This document shows, piece by piece, positions 29,665 through 39,383 of a stretch of DNA of 64,000 bases; the stretch's first letter is position 1, and every line of letters begins with the position of its first letter. The notes beneath the pieces were generated by a model. The model ran no database searches. It was given only the letters and a program-made list of their open reading frames with translations, and had not been told where the DNA came from. The stretch covers positions 89,949-153,948 of the forward strand of contig PBLG01000002.1 of NCBI GenBank assembly GCA_002722315.1, read 5' to 3'. The stretch is from Lysobacterales bacterium. GTDB lineage: Bacteria > Pseudomonadota > Gammaproteobacteria > Xanthomonadales > Wenzhouxiangellaceae. Made by a program: the position numbers and the translations under genes.

Positions 29665-30432
29665 CTATAAAAACTGCTCGTTGAGGATACGTTCGTCCAG
29701 CGAATGCTCGGGATCGAACAGAAGCTTGTGTCGCACGCTGCGAGCCTGGCGAACGACCACCCGGCACACGTCCCTGACCTCGTCGTAGTCGGCCGTGGCA
29801 CTGACCGGCCGGCGCTCGGCATTGAGTACCTGGAATTCGACCTCGACCGCCGCCGGCAGCACCGCACCGTTCCAGCGGCGCGGACGAAACGGGCTGATCG
29901 GGGTCAGCACGACGGCTTCGGTCCCCAGCGGCAGGATGGGGCCGTGCGCCGATAGGTTGTAGGCGGTCGAGCCGGCCGCGGTCGCCAGCAGCACACCGTC
30001 GGCCACCAGCCGCTCCACCCGCTCGGTACCGTTGACCAGGATCCTGATATGCGCGGCCTGGTTGGTCTGACGCAGAAGCGCGACCTCGTTGATCGCGAGT
30101 CCTTTGCGCGTTTCGCCGTGGATGGTTTCGGCGTGCATCCTGAGCGGGGCCAGGCTGAAACTCGACGCGTCGGCGATTCGCTGCTGCAGCTCGTCCTCGC
30201 TGTAACGGTTCATCAAAAAGCCCACTTCGCCCAGGTGCATGCCGAACACCGGCAGGTTCCGGTCGCTGTTCTCGTGCAGCGTATGCAGCATGAAGCCGTC
30301 TCCGCCCAGCGGTACCAGGACGTCGGCCTCGTTGCGCGATACGTCGCCATAGCGTTCGGTGAGCCGGGCCAGCGCTTCGCGCGCCCGCGGATGCTGGCTG
30401 GCGGTGAAGGCGATGCGCGGCGACTCGGGCAT
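29665..30432 (-). CDS. nadK: NAD kinase
   Basis: LGGDGFML, GFLMN, AINEV, DGVLLATAAGSTAYNLSAHGP. Confidence 0.95.
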   Translation of the reverse strand: MPESPRIAFTASQHPRAREALARLTERYGDVSRNEADVLVPLGGDGFMLHTLHENSDRNLPVFGMHLGEVGFLMNRYSEDELQQRIADASSFSLAPLRMHAETIHGETRKGLAINEVALLRQTNQAAHIRILVNGTERVERLVADGVLLATAAGSTAYNLSAHGPILPLGTEAVVLTPISPFRPRRWNGAVLPAAVEVEFQVLNAERRPVSATADYDEVRDVCRVVVRQARSVRHKLLFDPEHSLDERILNEQFL

Positions 30433-30438
30433 CCGCGG

Positions 30439-33400
30439 CTACCCGGTCGCGCTCATGAGCTGGCCCAGCCCGTGAATCGCGACCTGCATGGTGGCGAAAT
30501 CCACCGTGGACGTCGCGCGCATCTCCTCGAGCATCGCCCGGGTGCGGGAAACCGCACCGGCGTGCTTGTCGAACCAGGCCTCAACGGGGTCCTCGCGGTC
30601 CCGGTGCTCGGTAAGAATCCGGCGCACCAGTATCCGGTGATGACTGAACAGCTCATCGCGAAGGTTGCCCCTGGCGTGCGCGTGCCATTGCTTTTCGACA
30701 GACAGGCTTTCGACGGTCTCGCGCAGCCAGCGAAGGCAGAGGCGATCCAGGAGTCCGAAATACACGCGGCCGACTTCGACCACTTCCAGGTCCAGCCCGC
30801 GCGCCTCGTCCACGATGTCCAGTGCCGAATACATCCAGCCGAGCGCCGCAAGGCGCCTGGCAAAATCCGAATCGAATCCGGCCTCTTCGAGTTCGCGGCG
30901 TCGTTCCTGAAGCGCCTCGCGCTCGACATCGGTAAGAATATTCGGCAAGGCCTCGCGAAAATCCTTCATGCCCGGCCCGAACCGGTTGACCTTGCTGGAA
31001 ATATCGATGGAGAAACCACCCGGAAGCGTGATCAGGCGCCGGGTACTCTGGCGCATCAGGTTCCAGATTTCCAGGTACATACGGTTCTGCAGGTCGGCCG
31101 GAACGGTGGCGTCGTAACGCTCCAGTTCATGCCAGTAGCAGCGCGCCTCGAAGATCTCCCTGGCCACCGTGTAGGCCTTGGCCACGGTGGCCGAGCTGGC
31201 GCCGGTGTCTTCCTTGATGCGCATGGCGAAGTACGCGCCCATGCGATTGACCAGGTTGTTGGTCACCCGGGTCGCGATGATCTCGCGCTTGAGCTTGTGC
31301 TCCGGCATCAGGTCGGCGAACTCTTCGCGCAGCGGCTTGGGGAAATAGTCCTCCAGCTCGCGCGACAGGTAGGGATCCTCGGGCACTTCGGAGGCCACCA
31401 GGTCCTGGTATAGCGTGATCTTGCTGAACGAGAACAGCACGGCGAGCTCCGGCCGCATGAGCCCGAGCCCGCGCGCCACCCGATCCCGCAGTTGTTCTTC
31501 GTCCGGCAGATCCTCTAGGTCGCGGTCGATGAGACCCTGGTGCTCGAGCATGGTAATGAAATGCGCCTCGGCCCCCAGCCGGGTGGAAGTGAGCGATTCC
31601 ATCATGCTCAGCGCCTGGGTCTGAAGGTAGTTGCTGCGCAGCACGAGGTGCTCGACCTCGTCGCTCATTTCGCCGAGCAGCCGGTTGCGGTGGGCCCGGT
31701 CTATACGCCCGGAATCCACGGCCTGGTCCAGCAGGATCTTGATGTTGACCTCATGGTCGGAGCAGTCGACCCCGGCCGAGTTGTCGATGAAATCGGTGTT
31801 GATCCGGCCGCCGTTCATCGCATACTCGATCCTGCCCTTCTGGGTCAGACCGAGGTTGCCGCCCTCGCCCACGACGCGACACTGCAATTCGCGCCCGTCG
31901 ACCCTGACCGGGTTGTTGGCCAGGTCGCCGACGTCGGAATGGGTCTCGCCGGAGGCCTTGACGTAAGTGCCGATACCGCCGTTCCAGAGCAGATCGTACT
32001 CGGCCCGGAGAATGGCCCTGATCAGCGCCTGCGGCGAAAGCTCATCTTCTTCCGTCCCCAGCCATTCGCGTACATTCGGCTGGATCTTGATCGACTTGGA
32101 TTGGCGCGAGAATACGCCGCCACCTTCTGAAATGAGGCTCTGATCGTAATCCGACCAGCTTGATCGACCGAGCCCGAACAAGCGCTGGCGCTCGGCAAAG
32201 CCGGCCTCCGGATCCGGCTCCGGGTCGATGAAGATGTGCATGTGGTTGAACGCGGCCTTCAGGCGAATATGGCGCGACAGAAGCATGCCGTTGCCGAACA
32301 CGTCCCCGGACATGTCGCCTATGCCGACGACGTCGAAAGTCTCGCTCTGGGTATCCAGCCCCAGTTCGCGGAAGTGACGCTTGACCGATTCCCAGGCGCC
32401 CTTGGCGGTAATGCCCATCTTTTTGTGGTCATAGCCGTTGGACCCGCCGGAAGCGAAAGCGTCGCCGAGCCAGAAACCGTGCTCTACCGAGATCGCGTTG
32501 GCGATATCGGAGAACGTTGCCGTCCCCTTGTCCGCCGCGACCACGAGGTAGGGATCGTCGTCGTCGTGCCGGACGACGTCCTTCGGGACTCGAATCGAGT
32601 CGCCGTCGAGGTTGTCGGTGATGTCGAGAAGCCCGTTGATGAACGAGCGATAGCAGTAGACCACCTCCGCCATGATCTCGTCGCGGTCTTCGGTTTCGGG
32701 CAGGTTCTTGACGAAGAACCCGCCCTTGGCGCCGACCGGCACGATCATGGTGTTCTTGACGGTCTGGGCTTTCATCAGCCCGAGCACCTCGGTGCGGAAA
32801 TCCTCCCGACGATCCGACCAGCGAAGACCGCCGCGGGCGACTTTGCCGCCCCTGAGATGGACGCCCTCGACCCGCGGCGAATAGACCCAGACCTCGCGGA
32901 AAGGCCGAGGCTTGGGCAGATCCGGCAGAGCCCTTGAATCGAATTTGAAGCTCATGTACTCGTGATGCTGGCCGCGCGCATCACGCTGGAAGAAACTGGT
33001 TCTCAGCATCGCCCGGATCGTGTCGCTGAAGGCCCTGAGAATCCGGTCCTGGTCGGCGCTGGCCACCGAGTCGAGAATGCGCAACAAGGCCTTGCGCACC
33101 GCAGTCGCGTCGTCGTCCCGGCCCTCGGTCTCGCGCGCGAGGTAGACGTCCTCGAGAAACTCGTGCAGCACGGCATCGTTGATGCCCTCGGCAAGCTCAA
33201 CGCACTGGTGGCGCAGGTGCTTGCGCGCCGCGACGCGTCGGGCGCGCTTTTCTTCGCTTCGCTCGGGATCGAAACGCGCTTCGAAATACTCGACCAGCAG
33301 GCGCGCCGCCAGCGGCCAGGCCGCCAGGGTCTGCTCCATGTAATTCTGCGAGAAAGGCGACCCGGTCTGCTGCAGGAACTTGGCACAGGCGCGCAACATG

Positions 33401-35367
33401 CATGCCTGGCGCCAATCCAGCCGGGCCAGGAGTATCAATCGATTGAAACCGTCGTTTTCGTTGTGGCCGCGCCAGGTCTGCTCGAAGGCTTCCTGGAAAT
33501 GGCTGCGAATGAGGTCCAGGTCGAGCCCGTCGGAGACCGGCGGCTGCATGTCGAAATCCTGGATCCAGATGCAGTTGCCGTCGGAAAGCTTCAACTCGTA
33601 GGGACGCTCGGAAACGATCCGCATGCCGAGGTTTTCGAGCATGGGGAGCACGTCGGAAAGCGGAATCGGCTCGTTGTACTTGAACAGCTTGAAGCGGAGA
33701 ATGCCCTGTACCCGGCGCTTGGGCTTGTAGAGGCTCATCTGCAGGTCTTCGACGTTGCGAAGGCTTGCCGCGGTCAATACGTCGAAGCTGGCCACGTGCG
33801 GCGCCACGTCGCCCTGGTAGCTCAGGGGGAAGGCATTGCCAAAACGCCTGAGCAGTTCCAGCCCCTTTTCTTCCCCGCACTTGCGAATCAGGATCTCGCC
33901 GAGTTCATCATCCCAGCTCCGGATCGCTTCCTTGATGCGCGACTCGATGTCGGAGACGTTGAAATCGATCTCTCGATCGGCCCGCGGACGAATGATGAGA
34001 TGCATGCGGGCCAGTTTGGACTCGCCGACCTGAACCGAAAAATCGAGCCTTTCACCCTTGAGCGCCCGCTTGAGTATCGCCTGAACCTTCTGCCGGTTCT
34101 CGGTGTTGAAGCGGTCCCTGGGAATGAACACCATGCACGAGTAGAACCGGCCGAAGCGCTCGCGGCGAATGAACAGGCGGGTCTGGGCGCGCTCCTGCAG
34201 GTCGAGAATGCCGACGCTGAGTTCCAGCAGGTCGTCTATGCCGGCCTGGAAGAGTTCGTCGCGCGGCAGCGTCTCGAGTCTGTGCATCAGCGCCTTGCCG
34301 GCGTGCGATCCAGGTCGCAGGCCGGATTGCGCGAGCACCCGGTCGACCTTGATTCTCACAAGCGGGGTGTCGTGGCAACGGCGGATATAGGCCCCGGAGG
34401 TGAACAGGCCGATGATGCGCTTCTCCCCGCTCACCCGTCCGGAATCGTCGAACCGGAGGACCGAGATGTAATCCATGTAGCCGTCGCGGTGAACGGTGGC
34501 CCGACCATTCGTCTTGGTGATGATGATGGGATGGATTTCGCCGCTGATGCCGCGCGAGTCACCCGAAAGATCGCTTATGAGGCGCGACGGCGACTTGCGG
34601 TGGCTGTCGCGCATCAGGCCCAGACCGCTCTCGTCGACGGGCTCCAGCACGCGTCCCTCGCCGCTCTCCGAGATCAGGTATTCGCGGTAGCCCAGAAAGG
34701 TGAAATGGTCATCGGCCAGCCACTTGAAGAACTCACGCGCTTCGGCCAGTTCATCGGCATCCAGTCCCGACTTGCTCTCGGCGAGTTCGTCGGCGATTTC
34801 CAGCGCCTTGCGGGTCATTTTCTGCCAGTCGCGGACGGCAACGCGCACGTCGGCCAGCGCCGAGCGGATGCGGCGCTCGATTCGCGCCAGCGCATCCGGC
34901 GACGTCTGGCGATCGATGCGAATATGGATCAACGACTCTGCGGCTGCCTGTTCGGCCTCGTCGTCTCCCGCCATTGCGAGGAAATGCCCGCCCTGGTCGC
35001 GCTTCAGCCGAACCACGGGGTGGATGATCAGGTGTACGCCGATGTCGAGACGGGACAACGCGAGAACGACCGAATCGACCAGGAACGGCATATCGTCGTT
35101 GACCATCTCGACGACGGTGTGGCTCGACGACCAGCCGTTGGCTTGCGCGGTCGGGTTGTAAACCCTGATCAGCAGCTCACCGGGGCGACGCTGTCGAAGG
35201 AAATCGAAAAACCCGGAAATCATGCGTGCCTGCTGCACCGCCGAATCCTCGTCTTCCTCGATCGCCGGATAATGGCGCAGGAACTGGCGTGCAAATGCCT
35301 TTTCCGGTTCGGGCGTCTGGGGCCCGAATCCTTCGAGCACTTCGTCGATCTTCTTCTTGTTGTTCAT
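30439..35367 (-). CDS. gdhB: Large NAD-specific glutamate dehydrogenase
   Basis: 1642 aa; DDMPFLVDS, GVHLRGGKVARGGLRWSDR, VVAADKGTATFSD, GYDHK, GIGDMSGDVFGNGM, DNSAGVDCSDHEVNIKI. Confidence 0.97.
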   Translation of the reverse strand: MNNKKKIDEVLEGFGPQTPEPEKAFARQFLRHYPAIEEDEDSAVQQARMISGFFDFLRQRRPGELLIRVYNPTAQANGWSSSHTVVEMVNDDMPFLVDSVVLALSRLDIGVHLIIHPVVRLKRDQGGHFLAMAGDDEAEQAAAESLIHIRIDRQTSPDALARIERRIRSALADVRVAVRDWQKMTRKALEIADELAESKSGLDADELAEAREFFKWLADDHFTFLGYREYLISESGEGRVLEPVDESGLGLMRDSHRKSPSRLISDLSGDSRGISGEIHPIIITKTNGRATVHRDGYMDYISVLRFDDSGRVSGEKRIIGLFTSGAYIRRCHDTPLVRIKVDRVLAQSGLRPGSHAGKALMHRLETLPRDELFQAGIDDLLELSVGILDLQERAQTRLFIRRERFGRFYSCMVFIPRDRFNTENRQKVQAILKRALKGERLDFSVQVGESKLARMHLIIRPRADREIDFNVSDIESRIKEAIRSWDDELGEILIRKCGEEKGLELLRRFGNAFPLSYQGDVAPHVASFDVLTAASLRNVEDLQMSLYKPKRRVQGILRFKLFKYNEPIPLSDVLPMLENLGMRIVSERPYELKLSDGNCIWIQDFDMQPPVSDGLDLDLIRSHFQEAFEQTWRGHNENDGFNRLILLARLDWRQACMLRACAKFLQQTGSPFSQNYMEQTLAAWPLAARLLVEYFEARFDPERSEEKRARRVAARKHLRHQCVELAEGINDAVLHEFLEDVYLARETEGRDDDATAVRKALLRILDSVASADQDRILRAFSDTIRAMLRTSFFQRDARGQHHEYMSFKFDSRALPDLPKPRPFREVWVYSPRVEGVHLRGGKVARGGLRWSDRREDFRTEVLGLMKAQTVKNTMIVPVGAKGGFFVKNLPETEDRDEIMAEVVYCYRSFINGLLDITDNLDGDSIRVPKDVVRHDDDDPYLVVAADKGTATFSDIANAISVEHGFWLGDAFASGGSNGYDHKKMGITAKGAWESVKRHFRELGLDTQSETFDVVGIGDMSGDVFGNGMLLSRHIRLKAAFNHMHIFIDPEPDPEAGFAERQRLFGLGRSSWSDYDQSLISEGGGVFSRQSKSIKIQPNVREWLGTEEDELSPQALIRAILRAEYDLLWNGGIGTYVKASGETHSDVGDLANNPVRVDGRELQCRVVGEGGNLGLTQKGRIEYAMNGGRINTDFIDNSAGVDCSDHEVNIKILLDQAVDSGRIDRAHRNRLLGEMSDEVEHLVLRSNYLQTQALSMMESLTSTRLGAEAHFITMLEHQGLIDRDLEDLPDEEQLRDRVARGLGLMRPELAVLFSFSKITLYQDLVASEVPEDPYLSRELEDYFPKPLREEFADLMPEHKLKREIIATRVTNNLVNRMGAYFAMRIKEDTGASSATVAKAYTVAREIFEARCYWHELERYDATVPADLQNRMYLEIWNLMRQSTRRLITLPGGFSIDISSKVNRFGPGMKDFREALPNILTDVEREALQERRRELEEAGFDSDFARRLAALGWMYSALDIVDEARGLDLEVVEVGRVYFGLLDRLCLRWLRETVESLSVEKQWHAHARGNLRDELFSHHRILVRRILTEHRDREDPVEAWFDKHAGAVSRTRAMLEEMRATSTVDFATMQVAIHGLGQLMSATG

Positions 35368-35395
35368 ACAGCTACCCCGAGCAGTCGCCTGTTAC

Positions 35396-35435
35396 TCCCG
35401 TCGGCACCGAGCCTCGACGCCCGGTGCCGACGGGA
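35396..35435. other. Strong intergenic hairpin between the acyl-CoA dehydrogenase gene and gdhB
   Basis: TCCCGTCGGCACCG / CGGTGCCGACGGGA perfect 14-bp inverted repeat, with no U-tract. Confidence 0.6.
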
Positions 35436-35442
35436 CCGTTCG

Positions 35443-36606
35443 TCAGCGCAGTCCCGTTTCCAGCCGGCCAATCACCATCCGCTGAATTTCGCTGGTGCCT
35501 TCGTAGATTTCGGTGATCTTGGCGTCGCGAAAATACCGTTCCACCGGCAATTCCTTGCTGTAGCCCATGCCGCCGTGAATCTGGACGGCCTGGTGTGTGA
35601 TCCACATTGCCGACTCGGAAGCCACCAGCTTGGCCATGGAGCCGTCGACGGTGAAGCGCGCCCCGCTGGCCTGGGACTGTTGCTTGACCCAGGCCGCTCG
35701 CAGCGTGAGCAGTCGGGCGGCCTCGAGACGCGACTTCATGTCGGCGATCTTGGCCTGGATCATCTGGAAGCTTCCGATCTCCCGACCGAATGCCTTGCGC
35801 TCGCGCGCGTAGGCGACGCTGGCCTCGTAGGCCGCCTGGGCGATGCCCACGGCCTGCGCGGCGATGCCGATGCGTCCCGCGTCGAGCACACCCATCGCGA
35901 TCTTGAAGCCCTCGCCTTCGGCACCGAGCAGGCAGTCCGCGGGGCACTTGTAGTCGTCGAGTTCGATCTCGCAGGTGGCCGAGGCGCGGATGCCGAGCTT
36001 GGGCTCGGTCTTGCCGCGGCTGAAGCCTTCGACTTCGGTATCGATGATGAAGGCCGATACGCCCTTCGCGCCGGCATCCGGATCGGTCATCGCGAACAAC
36101 ACGATATAGCGCGCGTAAGGCCCGGAAGTGATCCAGGACTTGCGGGCGTTGATGACGTAGTGACTCCCGTCGTCGGACTTCACGGCACGCGACTTCATGT
36201 TGGAAGCATCTGACCCGGACTGTGGTTCGGTCAGCGCGTAGGCGCCGATTTCGGCCCCCGTGGCGATGGCACGGACGTACTTTTCCTTCTGTGCTTCCGT
36301 ACCGTGCTTGAGGATGCCGTTGCAGAACAGCGAATTATTGACACTCATGATGGTGCCGTGGGCGGCATCCGCGGCGCAAATCTCGATCATCGCCAGCACG
36401 TAGCCGATGGTGTCCAGGCCGGCGCCGCCATAGGCTTCGGGCACCTCGATGCCCATCAGGCCCAGTTCGCCCATGGCCCGAATATTCTCGAGCGGAAACT
36501 CACCGGACTGGTCGAAATCCGCCGCTACCGGCGCGATCCGCTCCCGGGCGAAATCGCGGGCGGCTGCCTGGATCATCTGCTGCTCTTCGGTCAAATTGAA
36601 ATTCAT
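35443..36606 (-). CDS. Acyl-CoA dehydrogenase (short/branched-chain type)
   Basis: YALTEPQSGSD, KSWIT, KLGIRAS, QIHGGMGY, IYEGTSEIQR. Confidence 0.93.
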   Translation of the reverse strand: MNFNLTEEQQMIQAAARDFARERIAPVAADFDQSGEFPLENIRAMGELGLMGIEVPEAYGGAGLDTIGYVLAMIEICAADAAHGTIMSVNNSLFCNGILKHGTEAQKEKYVRAIATGAEIGAYALTEPQSGSDASNMKSRAVKSDDGSHYVINARKSWITSGPYARYIVLFAMTDPDAGAKGVSAFIIDTEVEGFSRGKTEPKLGIRASATCEIELDDYKCPADCLLGAEGEGFKIAMGVLDAGRIGIAAQAVGIAQAAYEASVAYARERKAFGREIGSFQMIQAKIADMKSRLEAARLLTLRAAWVKQQSQASGARFTVDGSMAKLVASESAMWITHQAVQIHGGMGYSKELPVERYFRDAKITEIYEGTSEIQRMVIGRLETGLR

Positions 36607-36785
36607 GAAGAAACGTTTCCTCAAAAAAAGGTTTGAAAAACGGCCACGACGGCCGGGCCGAAGTGAGTCCCGGCAGTGACGAAAGCGCAAGAATCAATGA
36701 ACGGCGAGTATATCACCCGGGCGCGAATTTTCATTTGGCCGGCGCTGGAAGAACAGCCATTTCAGCAGTTTGTGAACCGGTTCTC

Positions 36786-36813
36786 TTGACACGGGCCCAC
36801 AGTACGCTAAACT
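36786..36813 (+). promoter_or_regulatory. Sigma70 promoter upstream of tRNA-Leu
   Basis: TTGACA (36786-36791), 16-bp spacer, TAAACT (36808-36813). Confidence 0.7.
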
Positions 36814-36818
36814 TGCAT

Positions 36819-36893
36819 TTCCGGTCTGGGGTTCCCCCCTTCCCCGTTCCGGATTGTGGCCGAGGTTCCCCCCTTGCCTCGGCCACTTCTTTT
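36819..36893 (+). ncRNA. Candidate small RNA or structured leader with two C-rich stem-loops
   Basis: Two hairpins each carry GGTTCCCCCCTT; the second has a perfect 10-bp stem followed by TTCTTTT; directly downstream of the promoter. Confidence 0.5.
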
Positions 36894-36895
36894 AT

Positions 36896-36982
<87 letters not shown>

Positions 36983-37114
36983 TCTTAAAGTTCGATCAGG
37001 CAACCTGGCCGAAACCACCGGAATAGCTGAATCGTTCCGGGCCAAGTACTGCAAGAAACCGCAAGAACATCAAAACCTGCGCGAACAGGCGCGCAGGTTA
37101 GAATGTGAACGCAT

Positions 37115-37199
37115 GCCGAGGTGGCGGAACTGGTAGACGCGCCAGGTTTAGGTCCTGGTGGGAATTCCCGTGGAGGTTCGAGTCCTCTCCTCGGCACCA
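37115..37199 (+). tRNA. tRNA-Leu (anticodon TAG)
   Basis: Same acceptor stem, anticodon arm CCAGG-TTTAGGT-CCTGG, long variable arm, T-loop, encoded CCA. Confidence 0.97.
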
Positions 37200-37275
37200 T
37201 CGCACCATCGCAGAAGCTCGCCGACCATATCCTTAGAAGTTCCGCACGGCAAGCGCCGCGCAGGACCGCCCGTCG

Positions 37276-38439
37276 TCAGAACGCGTTGATTCCGGTCAGT
37301 TCGCGGCCGACCACCAGCTGGTGGATGGTTTCCGTGCCCTCGTAGGTAATCACCGATTCCAGGTTGAGCATGTGCCGGATCGGCACGTACTCCAGGGTGA
37401 TACCGGATCCGCCCAGCACGTCGCGGCACTCGCGCGCGATGTCCAGCGCCATGCGCACGTTGTTCCACTTGGCCAGGCTGACCTGGGTGGGATGCATCTT
37501 GCCGGCATCCTTGAGCCGGCCGAGGTGCAACGCCATCAGCTGGGCCAGCGTGATCCGCCGACCCATGTCGGCCAGCTTGAGCTGCACCGCCTGGTTGGCC
37601 GCCAGCGGGCGCTTGAACAGCTCCCGGTCGGCCGTATAGTCCAGCGTCTCCGACAGGCAGGCGATCGCCGCCCCTATCGGCCCCCAGGTGATCCCGTAGC
37701 GGGCCTGGGTCAGGCACGAAAGCGGACCCTTGAGACCCTTGGCGCCCGGCAGGCGGTTGGCATCGGGCACCCTGACGTTGTCGAAGTAGAGTTCCGAGGT
37801 CACCGACGCCCTGAGCGACATCTTGGCCTTGATGTCGCGCGCCTCGAATCCCTTCGAGTCTGTTTCGACGATGAATCCCTGGATGCCGTCTTCGGTTCTC
37901 GCCCAGACGATAGCGATCTTCGCGATAGTGCCGTTGGTGATCCACATCTTGGCACCGTTGAGAATCCAGTCGTCACCGTCGCGCCTGGCGTGGGTCTTCA
38001 TGTTGGCCGGATCCGACCCGCCGTGCGGCTCGGTCAGGCCGAAACAGCCGATGATCTCGCCGGCGGCCATCCCGGGAAGCCAGGCCTCGCGCTGGGCCTC
38101 CGAGCCGAAGGCGTGAATCGGGTACATGCAAAGCGAAGACTGCACCGAGACGAAGCTTCGGAGGCCGGAATCGGCGCGCTCCAGTTCCTGGCAGATCAGA
38201 CCGTAGCTGACCGAATTCAGGCCGGCGCAGCCATAGCCCTCGAGGCTGGAGCCCAGCAACCCGAGATCCGCGATCTCCGGAATGAGTTCTTCGGGAAAAC
38301 GACCGGCGTCGAAGCACTCCGGAATGAGCGGCAGCGCGCGTTCGTCGACGAAGCGGGCGACCGATTCGCGAATCATGCGCTCTTCGTCGCTGAGCTCGTC
38401 GGAAATGTTGTAAAGATCAAGCGGATCGAGTTTTGACAT
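37276..38439 (-). CDS. gcdH: Glutaryl-CoA dehydrogenase
   Basis: YGLICQELERADSGLRSFVSVQSSL, GCFGLTEPHGGSDP, SLRASVT, NLESVITYEGT. Confidence 0.9.
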   Translation of the reverse strand: MSKLDPLDLYNISDELSDEERMIRESVARFVDERALPLIPECFDAGRFPEELIPEIADLGLLGSSLEGYGCAGLNSVSYGLICQELERADSGLRSFVSVQSSLCMYPIHAFGSEAQREAWLPGMAAGEIIGCFGLTEPHGGSDPANMKTHARRDGDDWILNGAKMWITNGTIAKIAIVWARTEDGIQGFIVETDSKGFEARDIKAKMSLRASVTSELYFDNVRVPDANRLPGAKGLKGPLSCLTQARYGITWGPIGAAIACLSETLDYTADRELFKRPLAANQAVQLKLADMGRRITLAQLMALHLGRLKDAGKMHPTQVSLAKWNNVRMALDIARECRDVLGGSGITLEYVPIRHMLNLESVITYEGTETIHQLVVGRELTGINAF

Positions 38440-38664
38440 GGAATCCTGAGTCTCGACTGTGAAAAGAATATTGGCTGCAGGCTAACCCGGCGCAGTGCGC
38501 ATCGCGAGAAGGCAACTCGACGCTCCCGGACCCCTGGCCGGCCGGGCATTCCGGGCGCGGTCCCAACGGCATGGGACGATTGCGCCGGATTGTACCAGCG
38601 CGGGCTCATCGAGGGCTCAAGGATCGCTATAATACCGGGCTGGATTTACCTGGATCGTATATTT

Positions 38665-38988
38665 ATGCGTCATACATGGATTGTGGCCGTAATGATCGCC
38701 CTGGCGCCGCTCGCTTCGTCGGCTCAGGGAGATCCCGAGCGCGGCAAGGTCATCGCCTATACCTGCACCGGATGTCACGGCATTCCGTTCTACAAGAACG
38801 TCTACCCGACCTACAGCGTGCCCAAGCTCGGCGGCCAGAACCAGGAATACCTGGTTTCGGCACTCAAGGCCTATCGGGAGGGCACGCGTCGCCACGCCAC
38901 AATGCAGGCGCAGGCCGCGACGCTTTCCGACCAGGACATCCTCGACGTGACAGCCTATTTCGTGAGCATTGGGGAGAACGGGTCATGA
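38665..38988 (+). CDS. Cytochrome c (c553/c4-like, monoheme)
   Basis: Signal peptide, CTGCH, YPTYSVPKLGGQ, axial Met (HATM). Confidence 0.92.
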   Translation: MRHTWIVAVMIALAPLASSAQGDPERGKVIAYTCTGCHGIPFYKNVYPTYSVPKLGGQNQEYLVSALKAYREGTRRHATMQAQAATLSDQDILDVTAYFVSIGENGS

Positions 38989-39329
38989 ATCGCCTTGCAT
39001 TTTCGATTCTCGTAATCCTGACGGCCATCATGGCCACGAGCAGCCTTGCGCATGCTGCCGGCGGCGACTACCGCCGTGGCCTGGAAAAATCGCAGGTTTG
39101 CCAGTCGTGCCACGGGCGGACCGGCAACGAAAGCCTGCAGCCCAGCTATCCCAGGCTGGCCGGCCAGCACGAGGACTACCTGGTGCACGCGCTCAAAAGC
39201 TATCGCGACGGCAGTCGGCAGAACGCGGTGATGGCCGGCTTCGCCGGCAATCTCAGCGACCAGGACATCGCCGACCTCGCCGCCTGGTATTCGCGTCAGG
39301 AAGGATTGCAGGACCTGGACGTCGAATAA
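38985..39329 (+). CDS. Cytochrome c (c553/c4-like, monoheme)
   Basis: Signal peptide, CQSCH, YPRLAGQH, NAVM; ATGA overlap with the previous gene. Confidence 0.92.
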   Translation: MNRLAFSILVILTAIMATSSLAHAAGGDYRRGLEKSQVCQSCHGRTGNESLQPSYPRLAGQHEDYLVHALKSYRDGSRQNAVMAGFAGNLSDQDIADLAAWYSRQEGLQDLDVE

Positions 39330-39383
39330 GCGATTGCCCTGGCCGCTCGGCCCCGCCGTGCGGCCTTCGCTGACGATCGCTCT

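Noticed and set aside
32962-36213. 1083-aa plus-strand ORF, and similar long ORFs at 2889-4763, 11316-13601, 40823-43054 and 45753-47450
   Set aside because: They are antisense shadows of well-supported genes, expected from high-GC codon bias, and show no recognisable motifs
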